This document shows positions 21,817 to 32,087 of a DNA stretch of 64,000 nt, one piece after another. The DNA is from Candidatus Poribacteria bacterium (GTDB lineage: Bacteria > Poribacteria > WGA-4E > WGA-3G). The notes under the pieces were generated by a model, which was given only the letters and a program-made list of their open reading frames with translations, made no database searches and was not told the DNA's origin. Position 1 is the stretch's first letter; each line of letters begins with the position of its first letter. The DNA is taken from contig CAXXUA010000006.1 in the NCBI GenBank assembly GCA_963663765.2, positions 256,001-320,000 of the forward strand, written 5' to 3'. Made by a program: the position numbers and the translations under genes.

Positions 21817-22612
21817 TTGTGGTAGGGGTTTCCAACCCCGATTTCTGAATCATGGATGACGCGAAATGCACAAATCTAAAACCCTTGATGAGGTAAATCC
21901 TGAAAATCTCAAAATCCTGAAAATCCTAGTTCAAACAGAATCGCGGAGTAGATCCCTGTATAAAGTCTTATTGCATAGTATAAGCGTTTTCAAAGCCAAA
22001 ACACTTTATGCAGGTATCTTCTCCGCGCAATCCGCGTAATCCGATATTTCGCACCCAACCTCTTGTGGTAGGGGTTTCCAACCCCGTTTTCTGAATCATG
22101 TATGACGCAAAATGCACAATTCAAAAACCTTTGATGAGGTAAATCCTGAAAATCTCAAAATCCTGAAAATCCTGGTTCAGACAAACTGTCTTCTCCGCGC
22201 AATCCGCGTAATCCGTGATTTCACACCCACCCTCTTATGGGCTTACAATTACCCATAAGTTTTTGGGTATAGTCCGTTAAGTCTTTTGTGGGTGCCTATT
22301 GCTCAAAAACACCTGAAAACTGACCAATATTTTAGATGTAGAATACCGTTATAGGCCTATTAGACAAGTTTCACAAGATTTTTCAGTTCTTATGACCAGT
22401 TTTCTGTAATCTATCGGGGTTAGAAACCCCTCTTACAGCAGCATGGCGTGCCTTTGTACCTCCAATTTGACTTATGGGTAAAAGTAGGTCTTGTGGGAGG
22501 GGTTTTCAACCCCGATTTCTGAATCATGTATGACGCGAAATGCATACATCAAAAACCTTGATGAGGTAAATCCTGAAAATCTCAAAATCCTGATAATCCT
22601 GGTTCAGACAGA
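21817..22612. repeat. Three copies of a ~120-bp REP + AAAATCCTG composite repeat
   Basis: Copies start near 21817, 22063 and 22491 (GGGGTTTCCAACCCCG...AATCCTGAAAATCTCAAAATCCTG). Confidence 0.8.
22242..22488. mobile_element. 247-bp MITE with CTTAC..TTACCCATAAGT ends and 9-bp TSD
   Basis: TSD tcttatggg / tcttgtggg; inverted sister copy of the same length at 42092-42338. Confidence 0.85.
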
Positions 22613-22831
22613 ATCCGCAATCCAGATTCAGACAATCCCCCAAATCCAATGTATATCTATTAGAAATCCCTTGTCCTTAACCCCACATAAACCCCCATCC
22701 GCACCCAACCTCCAATTATAATAATAACATTATTACTGATCTTTGTAGCACAAACTGTTAGTTTGTGCATTATTCCGCATCACTCCTAACAACTCAACGA
22801 GGACAAAAACATGCAACAACAAATCTTCCAA

Positions 22832-24288
22832 GGGTGTGTAAAGTTTTTATCACAAGAATGTACTGAATACAGATCTTGCTTAGTATTAGGTAAAATGGTA
22901 TCCTTCTATAAAACAGAATTTTTATCAGAGAGGATACCAATGTTTAGTATATCATTAGCAAGTTGTGAAGTCAAAGAGTTTAGAGAAGATGCAAACCATT
23001 TTGTAGAAAAGATCAATAATGTTTTACAAACCCTTAGTTCAGACAGTCTTTATGTAGACGCTATGGAGATATTAGTCTTTGAGACGATGCGTTCGTTAGG
23101 TCAAATGATGTTAGAAATGGTTGTTCTCAAACATTCCGTTGAACAAGTTTCTGGATCTGTTGAATGTCCACAATGTCAACAAGCATGTCGTCCGTATCGT
23201 AAAAGAGAACGCCGTATTACGACGCTATGTGGTGTTATTCGTGTTGACCGTTGGGTGTATCGTTGTGCTTCGGGTCATTATCATTTTCCGTGGGATACGA
23301 AAGAAAAGTTGAAAGGTCAATACACACATCGTGTAGCTGAAGTGATGTGTCGTATGCCTGCGCGTCTTGACTTCAGGGAGGCAGCAGAGGAGTTGTTTCG
23401 TCAAGGGATAGAAGTCAGTCGGACGACCCTCAATCAAAATGTGCGTGAATGGTCAAAAGCGTTGCGGGATTCACAACAAGTGGAAACACAAAAACTTGAG
23501 GCAAATCAGCGTTGGTATGTGAGTTGTGATGGATGCCACACCAACTCACAAGAGGGGTGGAAAGAAACCAAAGTTGGTTGTATTTATAGAGATTATCCAC
23601 AACCTCCAAATAGTTCTGATGTGACACCGAGTGCGAGAACACCAAGCATTCGTTATGTTGCGGAGCGTGAGAATGCGGCTCATTTCGGTAAAGCGTTGTA
23701 TAAGTTAGCAACGCAGAGCGGCATCTATTAAGAAGATATAGGGACGCAAGAGGTCGTGTTTATCGGAGATGGAGCGGCGTGGATATGGAACTTAGCGGCT
23801 GAATACTTCCCGAATGCTGTAGAGATTGTGGATTAATGCATGCCAAATCACATCTTTATGATGTGGCTAAAGTTGCCTTTGGTGAGACAGAAACAGAAGT
23901 CGTAGAAACTTGGGTCACAGAGACAGAACCCTTTCTTTTTGATGGCAACATTCCAGAAGTTGTCTCACGTATCCGTGCTTTAGTCACACAGCACCCAGAC
24001 GTTTGTGAGATTTTAGTAAGAGAAACAGGTTATTTTGAAAAACACGCGAAACGGATGTAATATAAAACGTTTAGAGAAAAGGGGTATCAGGTTGGGAGTG
24101 GTGTGATTGAGAGTGCGTGTAAACATGTTGTGGGACAAAGGTGTAAACAAGCTGCTATGAGATGGAAAAAAGAAGGTATCAACTCAGTGCTTGCTTTACG
24201 GTGTTTAGTCAAAAATAAGGCGTTGGACAGATATTGGATGCAACGCCCACAAGCAGCATGAAACTTATAACCAAAACTTTACACACCC
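22832..24288 (+). mobile_element. Decayed ISKra4/ISLre2-type (UPF0236) insertion sequence
   Basis: TIR GGGTGTGTAAAGTTTT / AAAACTTTACACACCC; transposase motifs CPQC, IGDGAAWIWN, GSGVIESACK..MRW; stops at 23729 and 24058 and a frameshift near 23835. Confidence 0.85.
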
Positions 24289-24380
24289 TAAATGATAAAT
24301 AAACTTGTATTTCAACGCATATTATGGTACAATTGACATTAACAAAATATTTAACTTTGTTGTAAAAAGAGGTGAGACCG

Positions 24381-24584
24381 ATGCCTGATAACGACACATA
24401 TAAATACCATTTGAAGAAAGGTAGAGAGATTATCCGTAGTGGTATTACGATTGATTTAGATCGGCGCGAAAAAGAACTCCAACGTAAATATGGTGACAAT
24501 GTTCATGTTCATAAGGTTGGTAATAAAACAACAAGAGAAGGCGCTAAGGAATGGGAGAAAAAACAGAAACTGGGCACTCCTTAG
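24381..24584 (+). CDS. Small basic protein, minimal GIY-YIG-like
   Basis: TYKYHL..IIRSGITIDLDRREKE..AKEWE; GAGGTG RBS; followed by a terminator. Confidence 0.65.
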   Translation: MPDNDTYKYHLKKGREIIRSGITIDLDRREKELQRKYGDNVHVHKVGNKTTREGAKEWEKKQKLGTP

Positions 24585-24615
24585 TATTCAATTTATTCAA
24601 TAAAAATTATTCAAT

Positions 24616-24660
24616 AAAAACTGAATATCTCAGAACCAATTTAGAGATATTCAGTTTTTT
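24616..24660. terminator. Bidirectional intrinsic terminator
   Basis: AAAAACTGAATATCTC..GAGATATTCAGTTTTT between convergent genes. Confidence 0.75.
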
Positions 24661-24673
24661 GCTGCTAATACAA

Positions 24674-25450
24674 TTAACGTGTAAGTCCTGATTTTTTAAT
24701 GTTTGCCCAACTTGTGGTAAGTTTGTTTGTAGGTTGTACTGGAGAGGCTGCGTCAAACCCATTACCCAAATCAGCAATTTCATTTTCTGTTAATGCACGA
24801 GAATATACCGCAGCATCATCTATCGCGCCACCATATCCTTCTCCATCTGCGCCTCCAAGTCTGTAGGTGTCATTTGCACCGACGGTTTCTTGAAAAGCCT
24901 CTTCTATAACTATTTCACCGTCAATATATATTTTAAAATTGGAGTTGTTACTCTGTACTACCACATGCGCCCACACATCCATCTCAATGGTACCAGGGTC
25001 AGTTTCACAAAGCACAGACCAACCGGCAGCTGTCCGTCCGCGCCAAGAAAGATAACCCCCAACCCTATTGAGAAAGAGTGTGTTGTGTCCTGAAGCACCT
25101 GGTAAACTTCTCCATATATGTTGAAAATCACCACCTTCAAATGTGGGATTAATCCAAACTGAGATTGTGTATGGGTCTGTCTTAAATAGGTCACCATGTA
25201 GTGTATCGGATGCTGACATCTGAATATGCGTACCCGCATTTAAGTGAATTGCTTGACCAAATTGCCCCGTATCCCAGTCTGATGAGCCTATTATTTCGCC
25301 ATTATTCTCATTTCCAGATGCATCATTTGCATTATCCTCTAATGGATAATAAGCAACCAAACCATCATCCAAGGCTGTCATTCCTAAACTCACACACATA
25401 AAGAGAAATGTAATAGACATAACATAATACATAATTTTCATTAGAATCAC
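24674..25450 (-). CDS. Secreted LamG-like (ConA-like) domain protein
   Basis: Signal peptide, GLVAYYPLE, GAIDDAAVYSRALTENEI, tail VQPTNKLTTSWANIK. Confidence 0.85.
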   Translation of the reverse strand: MILMKIMYYVMSITFLFMCVSLGMTALDDGLVAYYPLEDNANDASGNENNGEIIGSSDWDTGQFGQAIHLNAGTHIQMSASDTLHGDLFKTDPYTISVWINPTFEGGDFQHIWRSLPGASGHNTLFLNRVGGYLSWRGRTAAGWSVLCETDPGTIEMDVWAHVVVQSNNSNFKIYIDGEIVIEEAFQETVGANDTYRLGGADGEGYGGAIDDAAVYSRALTENEIADLGNGFDAASPVQPTNKLTTSWANIKKSGLTR

Positions 25451-25557
25451 TTCCTTTTTTGTAGAGTAGTCTTTAATTTAATTCCATTTTTTAATTCAAA
25501 TGTAGCAGAATTTTAACACAACATATAGAAAAAGTCAAATTTTGATTGTGGAACAAA

Positions 25558-27585
25558 TTATCTTTGCTTAAGAATTAGGTTTCCATAAACATCAACAACA
25601 GCGGAGAAATTGGGAGGAATTATTGTCGTTGCACTGAATTCTGTTACAACTGCAGGACCCATTATTTTATTACCGGGTAGTAAAGACTCACGTTTATAAA
25701 AACCTATTAGATACTTTTCATTTTCAAAGATAACAGAGTTCTCAGCGATCTGTGCATGCAATGATTCAGAACTTGCTAACGGTTCGGGTGTGAGTGTTGG
25801 CTTCTCGGTTTCCCCGATAGCAGAGAGTCTTAGGGTTACAATCTCTGCCGACGCATTATGGCGTGCATAACTAAATCTCTTTTCATGCATGTCATGGAAT
25901 CGTGCAACAAAATCTGTATCAATTTCCTCATAAGGGACATTTAACTCATAAGATTGACCAACATAACGCATGTCCAAAGAACGTCTGATTTTGAGATGCG
26001 ACAGATCAAATCCCTCTGATGTCATATCATCTCTTGCCCTATTCAGAAGAGTCTCAAATCCGTTATTCAGTTTTTGTTGTAAATTACTACCGAGGTCTTC
26101 AGTTTTCCATAAGACTGTTTGGGAATAATCTTTTACGACATCAGCAAATAACATTCCATAAGCAGATAACAATCCTCCATTTGGAGGAATCAACACATTA
26201 GCGATACCCAGATTTTCTGCGAGAAATGCTGCGTGCAGTCCACCTGCGCCACCAAAAGATACAAGCGTAAAATCACGTGTATCAAATCCGCGTTCAACTG
26301 AAATAACCTTGATAGCACGTTCCATTGCTGCGTTTGCAACTTTCAAAATACCGTCCGCAGTTTCAAATGGTGATAATCCGAGTTGATTAGCAATTTGTTC
26401 TATATGTTGTTGTGTTTTATCAGTTGTGAGAGACATTCTCCCACCCAAAAAATGTGTCGGTGAAATGCGTCCAAGGAACAGATTTGCATCTGTCACTGTA
26501 ATATCTGTGCCTTTGTTACCATAACAGATAGGTCCGGGGACAGCCCCGGCACTTTCAGGACCGACCCGCAACGCACCACCAGAATCCACCGTTGCTATTG
26601 ACCCGCCACCTGCACCGACTGTATGGATATCAATCAACGGGATTTTAATAGGTAACCCACTGATAGTACTCTCTGTCGTCATAGAGATGCCAACATCACA
26701 CAGGCTCACATCAGTAGAAGTTCCCCCCATATCAAAAGTAATTATTTTATTGTATCCAGCAGTATTTGCGGATTGATATGCACCAACGACACCTCCTGCA
26801 GGACCCGATAACACAGTCTGTATACCTGCTGATTCAAATCTCTTTGCAGAGATACAACCACCGTTGGAAAGCATCAGACGGAATGACTTTGGAAATGTAT
26901 CAGAGTCAATAAGCGTCGAGAGATGTTTCTCCAAAGTCGGACGAATGTAAGTGTTTGCAACAGTAGTGCTAAACCGAGAATATTCTCTATATTCTGGTAA
27001 TATTTCATGGGAGCATGAGATGGGTATATTTAGTGAGGAAAGATGGTCTGCGACAATTTTTTCGTTTTTTGGGTTCACGTACGAAAAAAGGAAACAGATA
27101 GCAATTGCATCTATTTTTAATGTGGTAAGTTTGTTAGAGAGTTTCTCAAGTTCTGTAGTAGTAATTTTTGTTTGAATTTCACCAGTGTGCAGCGTGCGTT
27201 CGATGATGCCAAAACGTCTTTCAGTAGGTATTAGTGGCGCGGGTCGTTGTACATTAATATCATAGAGATTTGGACGTGTCTGTCTACCGATTTCTATGAC
27301 ATCTTCAAAACCTTTTGTTGTAATCAGTGCAATTTTTGCACCTCTATATTCCAGTAACGCGTTTGTTGCGACAGTAGAACCGTGAACAATCTCAACATCA
27401 GAATGAGAGTGAATATTGTGTTGTTCTAATATTTCACTGACTCCCTGAATAACAGCATATGCAGGATTCATTGGAGTAGATAGTACCTTGTGTGTTAATA
27501 GTGAACCTTCCAAAGACATAACAATGTCAGTGAAAGTTCCACCAGTATCAACTCCAATTTTCTTTATATTTTTATCTTTTTGCAT
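25558..27585 (-). CDS. Hydantoinase/oxoprolinase A subunit
   Basis: GVDTGGTFTD, HGSTVATNA, SGPAGG, DMGGTSTD, GAGGGS. Confidence 0.93.
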   Translation of the reverse strand: MQKDKNIKKIGVDTGGTFTDIVMSLEGSLLTHKVLSTPMNPAYAVIQGVSEILEQHNIHSHSDVEIVHGSTVATNALLEYRGAKIALITTKGFEDVIEIGRQTRPNLYDINVQRPAPLIPTERRFGIIERTLHTGEIQTKITTTELEKLSNKLTTLKIDAIAICFLFSYVNPKNEKIVADHLSSLNIPISCSHEILPEYREYSRFSTTVANTYIRPTLEKHLSTLIDSDTFPKSFRLMLSNGGCISAKRFESAGIQTVLSGPAGGVVGAYQSANTAGYNKIITFDMGGTSTDVSLCDVGISMTTESTISGLPIKIPLIDIHTVGAGGGSIATVDSGGALRVGPESAGAVPGPICYGNKGTDITVTDANLFLGRISPTHFLGGRMSLTTDKTQQHIEQIANQLGLSPFETADGILKVANAAMERAIKVISVERGFDTRDFTLVSFGGAGGLHAAFLAENLGIANVLIPPNGGLLSAYGMLFADVVKDYSQTVLWKTEDLGSNLQQKLNNGFETLLNRARDDMTSEGFDLSHLKIRRSLDMRYVGQSYELNVPYEEIDTDFVARFHDMHEKRFSYARHNASAEIVTLRLSAIGETEKPTLTPEPLASSESLHAQIAENSVIFENEKYLIGFYKRESLLPGNKIMGPAVVTEFSATTIIPPNFSAVVDVYGNLILKQR

Positions 27586-27622
27586 CTGTTGGTTATATAT
27601 ATATTAAGGTAACAAGTATATT

Positions 27623-28582
27623 TTACTCTACCACGTTTTTTGGTTTACCTTGTAAATATGCGATGATATTGTCAACCGCACCTTCATTAAGGAGATCAAC
27701 ACCTTCTGGAGTCATATCCGCGCAATGTGGAGACAAAATTACCTGTTCACAAGACAAGAGTGGATGGTTTTTTGGTATGGGTTCTTGGTCAAACACATCA
27801 ATTGCAGCACCACCGATATTTTCATTGTTCAAAGCTTCAACAAGTGCATCCGTCTCAATTATATTTCCACGTGCGACGTTAATCAGGAGTGCATTGGATT
27901 TCATCATTGCAAGTTCTCTTTCACCTATAAGGTGATAACTATCATCTGTCAATTTTATGTGAAGACTTACCACATCAGACATTTTGAGCAAATTTTCTAA
28001 TTGAACATACCGAATTCCGAGTTTATTTTCCTTTTCGGTAGTAGGATTATATGTCCATGCAATAACGTTCATACCGATAGCATTTGCAAGTCGTGCCATC
28101 TCCGAACCGATATGACCTGTACCGATAATCCCAAGCGTCTTACCTTGTAAATAGATGTTATCCATTCGGGGCCAGATTCCTGATTTCAAGGATTGGGTCA
28201 AGTATGCTGTCCGTTTAGCAAGCCCGAACATCAATCCAAAACTGTGTTCAGCAACAACAGGAGCAGTACGTCCCGGTTGATTACAAACAACAATTCCTTG
28301 CTGTTTTGCAGTCTCAAGATCAATCATATCAGTGCCGATTGAACATAAGGAAATTAGCTTTAGCTTAGGTAGTTGTTTTAGAACATCAGCATACCATTTC
28401 ACCATCCCGCGGGAATTGATAAGAATGTCAGCATCTTTTGCCCGACAGATTTTTTCTACGTCCGTATCGGGACGATCTTTATATATGACTACATCTCCAT
28501 AAGGTTCCAATCGTTTTAGATGATGCGATCCTTGTATTTGTTGAGGTGCGTCGCCAGGGACAACAATTTTGAGACGGTCCAT
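27623..28582 (-). CDS. D-isomer-specific 2-hydroxyacid dehydrogenase
   Basis: GIIGTGHIG, SDVVSLH, INVARG, DVFDQEP, SPH. Confidence 0.9.
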   Translation of the reverse strand: MDRLKIVVPGDAPQQIQGSHHLKRLEPYGDVVIYKDRPDTDVEKICRAKDADILINSRGMVKWYADVLKQLPKLKLISLCSIGTDMIDLETAKQQGIVVCNQPGRTAPVVAEHSFGLMFGLAKRTAYLTQSLKSGIWPRMDNIYLQGKTLGIIGTGHIGSEMARLANAIGMNVIAWTYNPTTEKENKLGIRYVQLENLLKMSDVVSLHIKLTDDSYHLIGERELAMMKSNALLINVARGNIIETDALVEALNNENIGGAAIDVFDQEPIPKNHPLLSCEQVILSPHCADMTPEGVDLLNEGAVDNIIAYLQGKPKNVVE

Positions 28583-28583
28583 A

Positions 28584-29333
28584 TTATGGTAAGTCAAGGT
28601 ATTCAAATGGATCAATACCTGAAGACACATAGTCAAAAACCTTTATGTGGGGTGGTGGATTAAACAGGTCTACACCAGGAGCACTACCTAATTGCCGCGT
28701 TATATACGGCACTACAGTTCCATCTGGGTATTTAAGGTCCTTCACAGTAATATAAACTGTGTCAGGGAAATTGGGATAAACTTTGCCGGTATTCCCATCT
28801 CTTATGGCTCCTGTGAAAGTTTTATTGCCCTCAGACCAGAGTTTGATTAAAACCCGATCAAACAGCTCAGAATTTCTCTGATCTGCGGGTGAGAGCTTGT
28901 GATAGTTTATCCTTCGCCAGACAGCACCTAGAGGGTAATCCTCAGGTACTTCTGGAAATGGTCCAAACCCGTGAGGGGAGACCTCAGGTATAGGAGGAAT
29001 ATCTGAAAGACGTATGACTCTACCTGCTACGGTAATTGTTTCATCTGATTCATCTTCCTCCTGCAAGGTTTCATCAGAATAAGAAATATCAGATATATCA
29101 TTGGTGTTTACCGATTCAGATTCTTCAGAGGTTGGTGTATTGCCTTCAACAGATACATCCGCCGTTTGCTGTGTTGTATTCTCAGTTTGGTCTTGAAGTT
29201 CAACGGACTCGTCTAACTCTTGTTTGTAAGTTCCAGTATTGTATTGATAATAAATTACACAACCAACACAGAAAAATATTAGGAAGACGAAACTGCCTAT
29301 AACAAACTTTTCAGTAATTATAAAACGAAACAT
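28584..29333 (-). CDS. Membrane-anchored hypothetical protein
   Basis: N-terminal TM segment, acidic linker, VSPHGFGPFPEVPEDYP domain. Confidence 0.7.
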   Translation of the reverse strand: MFRFIITEKFVIGSFVFLIFFCVGCVIYYQYNTGTYKQELDESVELQDQTENTTQQTADVSVEGNTPTSEESESVNTNDISDISYSDETLQEEDESDETITVAGRVIRLSDIPPIPEVSPHGFGPFPEVPEDYPLGAVWRRINYHKLSPADQRNSELFDRVLIKLWSEGNKTFTGAIRDGNTGKVYPNFPDTVYITVKDLKYPDGTVVPYITRQLGSAPGVDLFNPPPHIKVFDYVSSGIDPFEYLDLP

Positions 29334-29513
29334 TTAGTACTCCTTTCATTTTGTTTGAGATATATGGAATGCAACAGTCAACCCAAATTAAAATAAATTA
29401 CAGATGATTAACTCAAAATTAGTTTACACCAATTATCCAAAAAAATCAAAAGGTGATCCTTGTTTCTGTGGAGTTGCGTCACCGGGGACAACAATTTTGG
29501 GACGGTTCAATCG

Positions 29514-30524
29514 TTATTTCCTATTCTTTTCTTTAGTATTCTTTTTTTGCCGCTTAGAAGGCACTTCAATTTCACCTGCGATAATCTTTGCTTTAAAATC
29601 CTCGACCTGTTTTAGGATCTCTTCAGTTAATAGCGTTTTATTATGTTCATCTACAATATATTCAATACCACCCTCTTTTAGACCGTAGTTTTTTACGCCA
29701 CCTGTGAACGTATCCGTCACAACCTTTTCAATCATTTGATATATAGACAATTCTACACCTTTAATAATGCTTGTCAATACTTGTCCAGGAATAAGATGAT
29801 TTCCGTTAGAGTCCACCCAGATAATATATTTATTTGTCTGTTTTGCAGCTTCAAGTACACCTAAACCACTTGCGCCAGCTGCTGCGATGATAACATCTAC
29901 ACCTTTATTATATTGTGCGAGTGCGAGTTCTTTTCCTTTAGCTGGATTATCAAATGCTTGTGGGGTAACACCGACATAGTTGACGAGAAGTTCTACATCT
30001 GGATTCGTATGTTTTATACCTGCGGCGAAACCGATTTCAAAAGCTTCCACCAGTGGAACTTTCATACCTCCGACGAATCCCACTTTTTTTGATTCAGTTT
30101 TTAGTGCTGCGATGACACCTGCGAGGAAAGTGCCTTCGTGTGCTTTATAAATAAGGGATGCTACGTTTGAGTGTTTTGCTTCTTCATCAATAAGTGTGAA
30201 GTTGACATTTGGGAAATCGGCAGCGACTCGGTTCATAGGTTCTTTGAATACGAAACCGACTCCGATGATGATGTCATATTTTAGTTTTGCGAGTCTTCGC
30301 ATTGCCAGTTCGTATTCAGCATTTTGTGCGGGATATATTTCAGTAAGTTTTATATCCCATTTATCTTCAGCTTTTTTTGCACCATTGTATGCTGCGTCGC
30401 AAAAAGAAAGGTCACCGCGTCCGCGCACGTTATAAATAAGACCGACTTTAACAGTAGCAGTAACATTATCGATAAATGCAAGACTCATGGTTATTATTGT
30501 TAGCAACAGAAAAAATTTTTTCAT
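29514..30524 (-). CDS. BMP-family ABC substrate-binding protein
   Basis: Signal peptide, GRGDLSF, GFVGGM, AAAGASGLG, WVDSN. Confidence 0.9.
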   Translation of the reverse strand: MKKFFLLLTIITMSLAFIDNVTATVKVGLIYNVRGRGDLSFCDAAYNGAKKAEDKWDIKLTEIYPAQNAEYELAMRRLAKLKYDIIIGVGFVFKEPMNRVAADFPNVNFTLIDEEAKHSNVASLIYKAHEGTFLAGVIAALKTESKKVGFVGGMKVPLVEAFEIGFAAGIKHTNPDVELLVNYVGVTPQAFDNPAKGKELALAQYNKGVDVIIAAAGASGLGVLEAAKQTNKYIIWVDSNGNHLIPGQVLTSIIKGVELSIYQMIEKVVTDTFTGGVKNYGLKEGGIEYIVDEHNKTLLTEEILKQVEDFKAKIIAGEIEVPSKRQKKNTKEKNRK

Positions 30525-30592
30525 TAGGGAGCACTCCGACTATTGATTTTGGATTTTTTGTATGAATTTTGACGAAGCAGCGATAAAACCAT

Positions 30593-30773
30593 ATTTGAGA
30601 TACGATCTCAAAATCAAACTGTTTATTGAGACATATTCTCAAAAACACATTCTGTATTGAGAAACGGTCTCAAAAGTTGCGAAATTGTCATATTGAGAAT
30701 ACATATCAATAACAATCTTCGTATTGAGATTTATTCTCAAAAGCATGTTTTTATTTGAGATACGATCTCAAAT
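30593..30773. repeat. Array of six TTGAGA-N5-TCTCAA palindromes
   Basis: TTGAGA at 30595, 30626, 30657, 30693, 30724 and 30755 (spacing 31,31,36,31,31); unit 4 right arm is TATCAA. Confidence 0.92.
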
Positions 30774-31081
30774 ATTGTAATTGCTGTTAATTATCCAAAA
30801 TAGAACGAATCTTTTGTGAAAATATCAAAACTTATTAATTGAAAGCTAAAAAAGAATCTCATGGTGAAAAAACGTTCATGAGAATACCAGTTGGAAAAAT
30901 GTCACATTTTTAATTAGGGATAGGAAAATTGAATAAAGATTATTAATTAGAATACACCATCGCGAAAACAAATGCAACATTTTTCGTTGGGTAGGGTTTG
31001 TAGAAAATTTTAGGTTGGGTTTAAAGGTTGGAAGAGAAGAGATGTGAAAATAACATGATAGGAAATGAAACTGTACGAGCA

Positions 31082-31117
31082 TTTAATGACGTATTGTACG
31101 TGCAAAACGTCATTAAA
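31082..31117. other. 36-bp near-perfect palindrome, candidate recombination or operator site
   Basis: TTTAATGACGTATTG-TACGTG-CAAAACGTCATTAAA, 16 of 18 pairs match, about 60 bp upstream of the recombinase. Confidence 0.6.
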
Positions 31118-31179
31118 ATGTTGGTGTGAAAAACAGAAATATGATAGAATTATCTGGTCAATATTAATGGAGAACCTTA

Positions 31180-31791
31180 ATGTCGAATTCAAGAAGAAGA
31201 AAAACACAACAACCCAGAGTCCTTGACGAAATACAACAGAGAATCATTTTAGACTCACTCAGAAATAGAGAACGCGATAGAACACTCGTACTCTTCTGTC
31301 TACGTACCGGACTTCGCAATGCTGAAGCATGTGGTATGAATATCGGGGATGTCATGAAATTCGGCAATATCGTAACGACTTTAGAAGTTCGGTCAGAAAT
31401 CGCAAAAAACAATGTCTCCAGAAGAATACCCCTCGTCAATGATGTACGAGACACATTATACGACTTCTTGGATTGGAAGTTAGAACGTAAAGAGAAAGAC
31501 GATTTAGATAGTCCCCTTTTCTGTACTCTCCGTACAAAAAATAGACTCGCCCCCCGCGACTTTCAACGTATCATGGAAGCAGCATCCGAAAACATCGGAC
31601 TCAGGTTCACACCACACGACCTGCGACATACCTTCGGCACTGAACTCTATAGAGCTACACACGATTTAGAATCTGTACGTATTGCATTAGGACACACCAG
31701 TTTAGATGCAACACTTATCTATATGCACACAAGTCCCGATATATTGCGGCAACGGTTTGAGACTGCGTTCGGTGGGCTTTCGCAAGACTAA
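31180..31791 (+). CDS. Tyrosine recombinase, catalytic domain only (203 aa)
   Basis: TGLRNAE (R), AKNN (K), HDLRH (HxxR), LGH, TLIY (Y); GGAG RBS. Confidence 0.92.
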   Translation: MSNSRRRKTQQPRVLDEIQQRIILDSLRNRERDRTLVLFCLRTGLRNAEACGMNIGDVMKFGNIVTTLEVRSEIAKNNVSRRIPLVNDVRDTLYDFLDWKLERKEKDDLDSPLFCTLRTKNRLAPRDFQRIMEAASENIGLRFTPHDLRHTFGTELYRATHDLESVRIALGHTSLDATLIYMHTSPDILRQRFETAFGGLSQD

Positions 31792-32003
31792 TATCTTCAT
31801 GTGTAGAACCTTGGCATAAGACAATTCTCTTGAAATGATTCTTAGTGTATTATCATATCAAAACGAATAAAAAAATGCGTTATACGCTAACGTGAGCATT
31901 AATTATTTTGGTGGTTTTATGAAATATACATATTTTGAATCTGCTTCATTTAAGTATAAAGTATTTGCACATTCATTTTTCCAGGATAACTTTTCATTTT
32001 ACG

Positions 32004-32032
32004 TTGACTTTTTTCCTGTTTAAGAGTATGCT
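32004..32032 (+). promoter_or_regulatory. sigma70 promoter
   Basis: TTGACT-17-TATGCT. Confidence 0.5.
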
Positions 32033-32087
32033 GTTAACCTAATCTTGTGACTCTATCAACCTATTTTTACATCTTGGACTTAAGAAA

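Noticed and set aside
22811-24260. Programmed readthrough or frameshift in the transposase
   Set aside because: Two separate TAA stops plus a 1-bp loss with no slippery site fit simple decay better.
30593-30773. CRISPR or classical DnaA-box oriC
   Set aside because: Units are 17-bp palindromes with 14-19 bp gaps. There is no cluster of TTATCCACA boxes and no dnaA nearby. Hand-sampled G/C skew was patchy, so an origin or terminus call is unsupported without computation.
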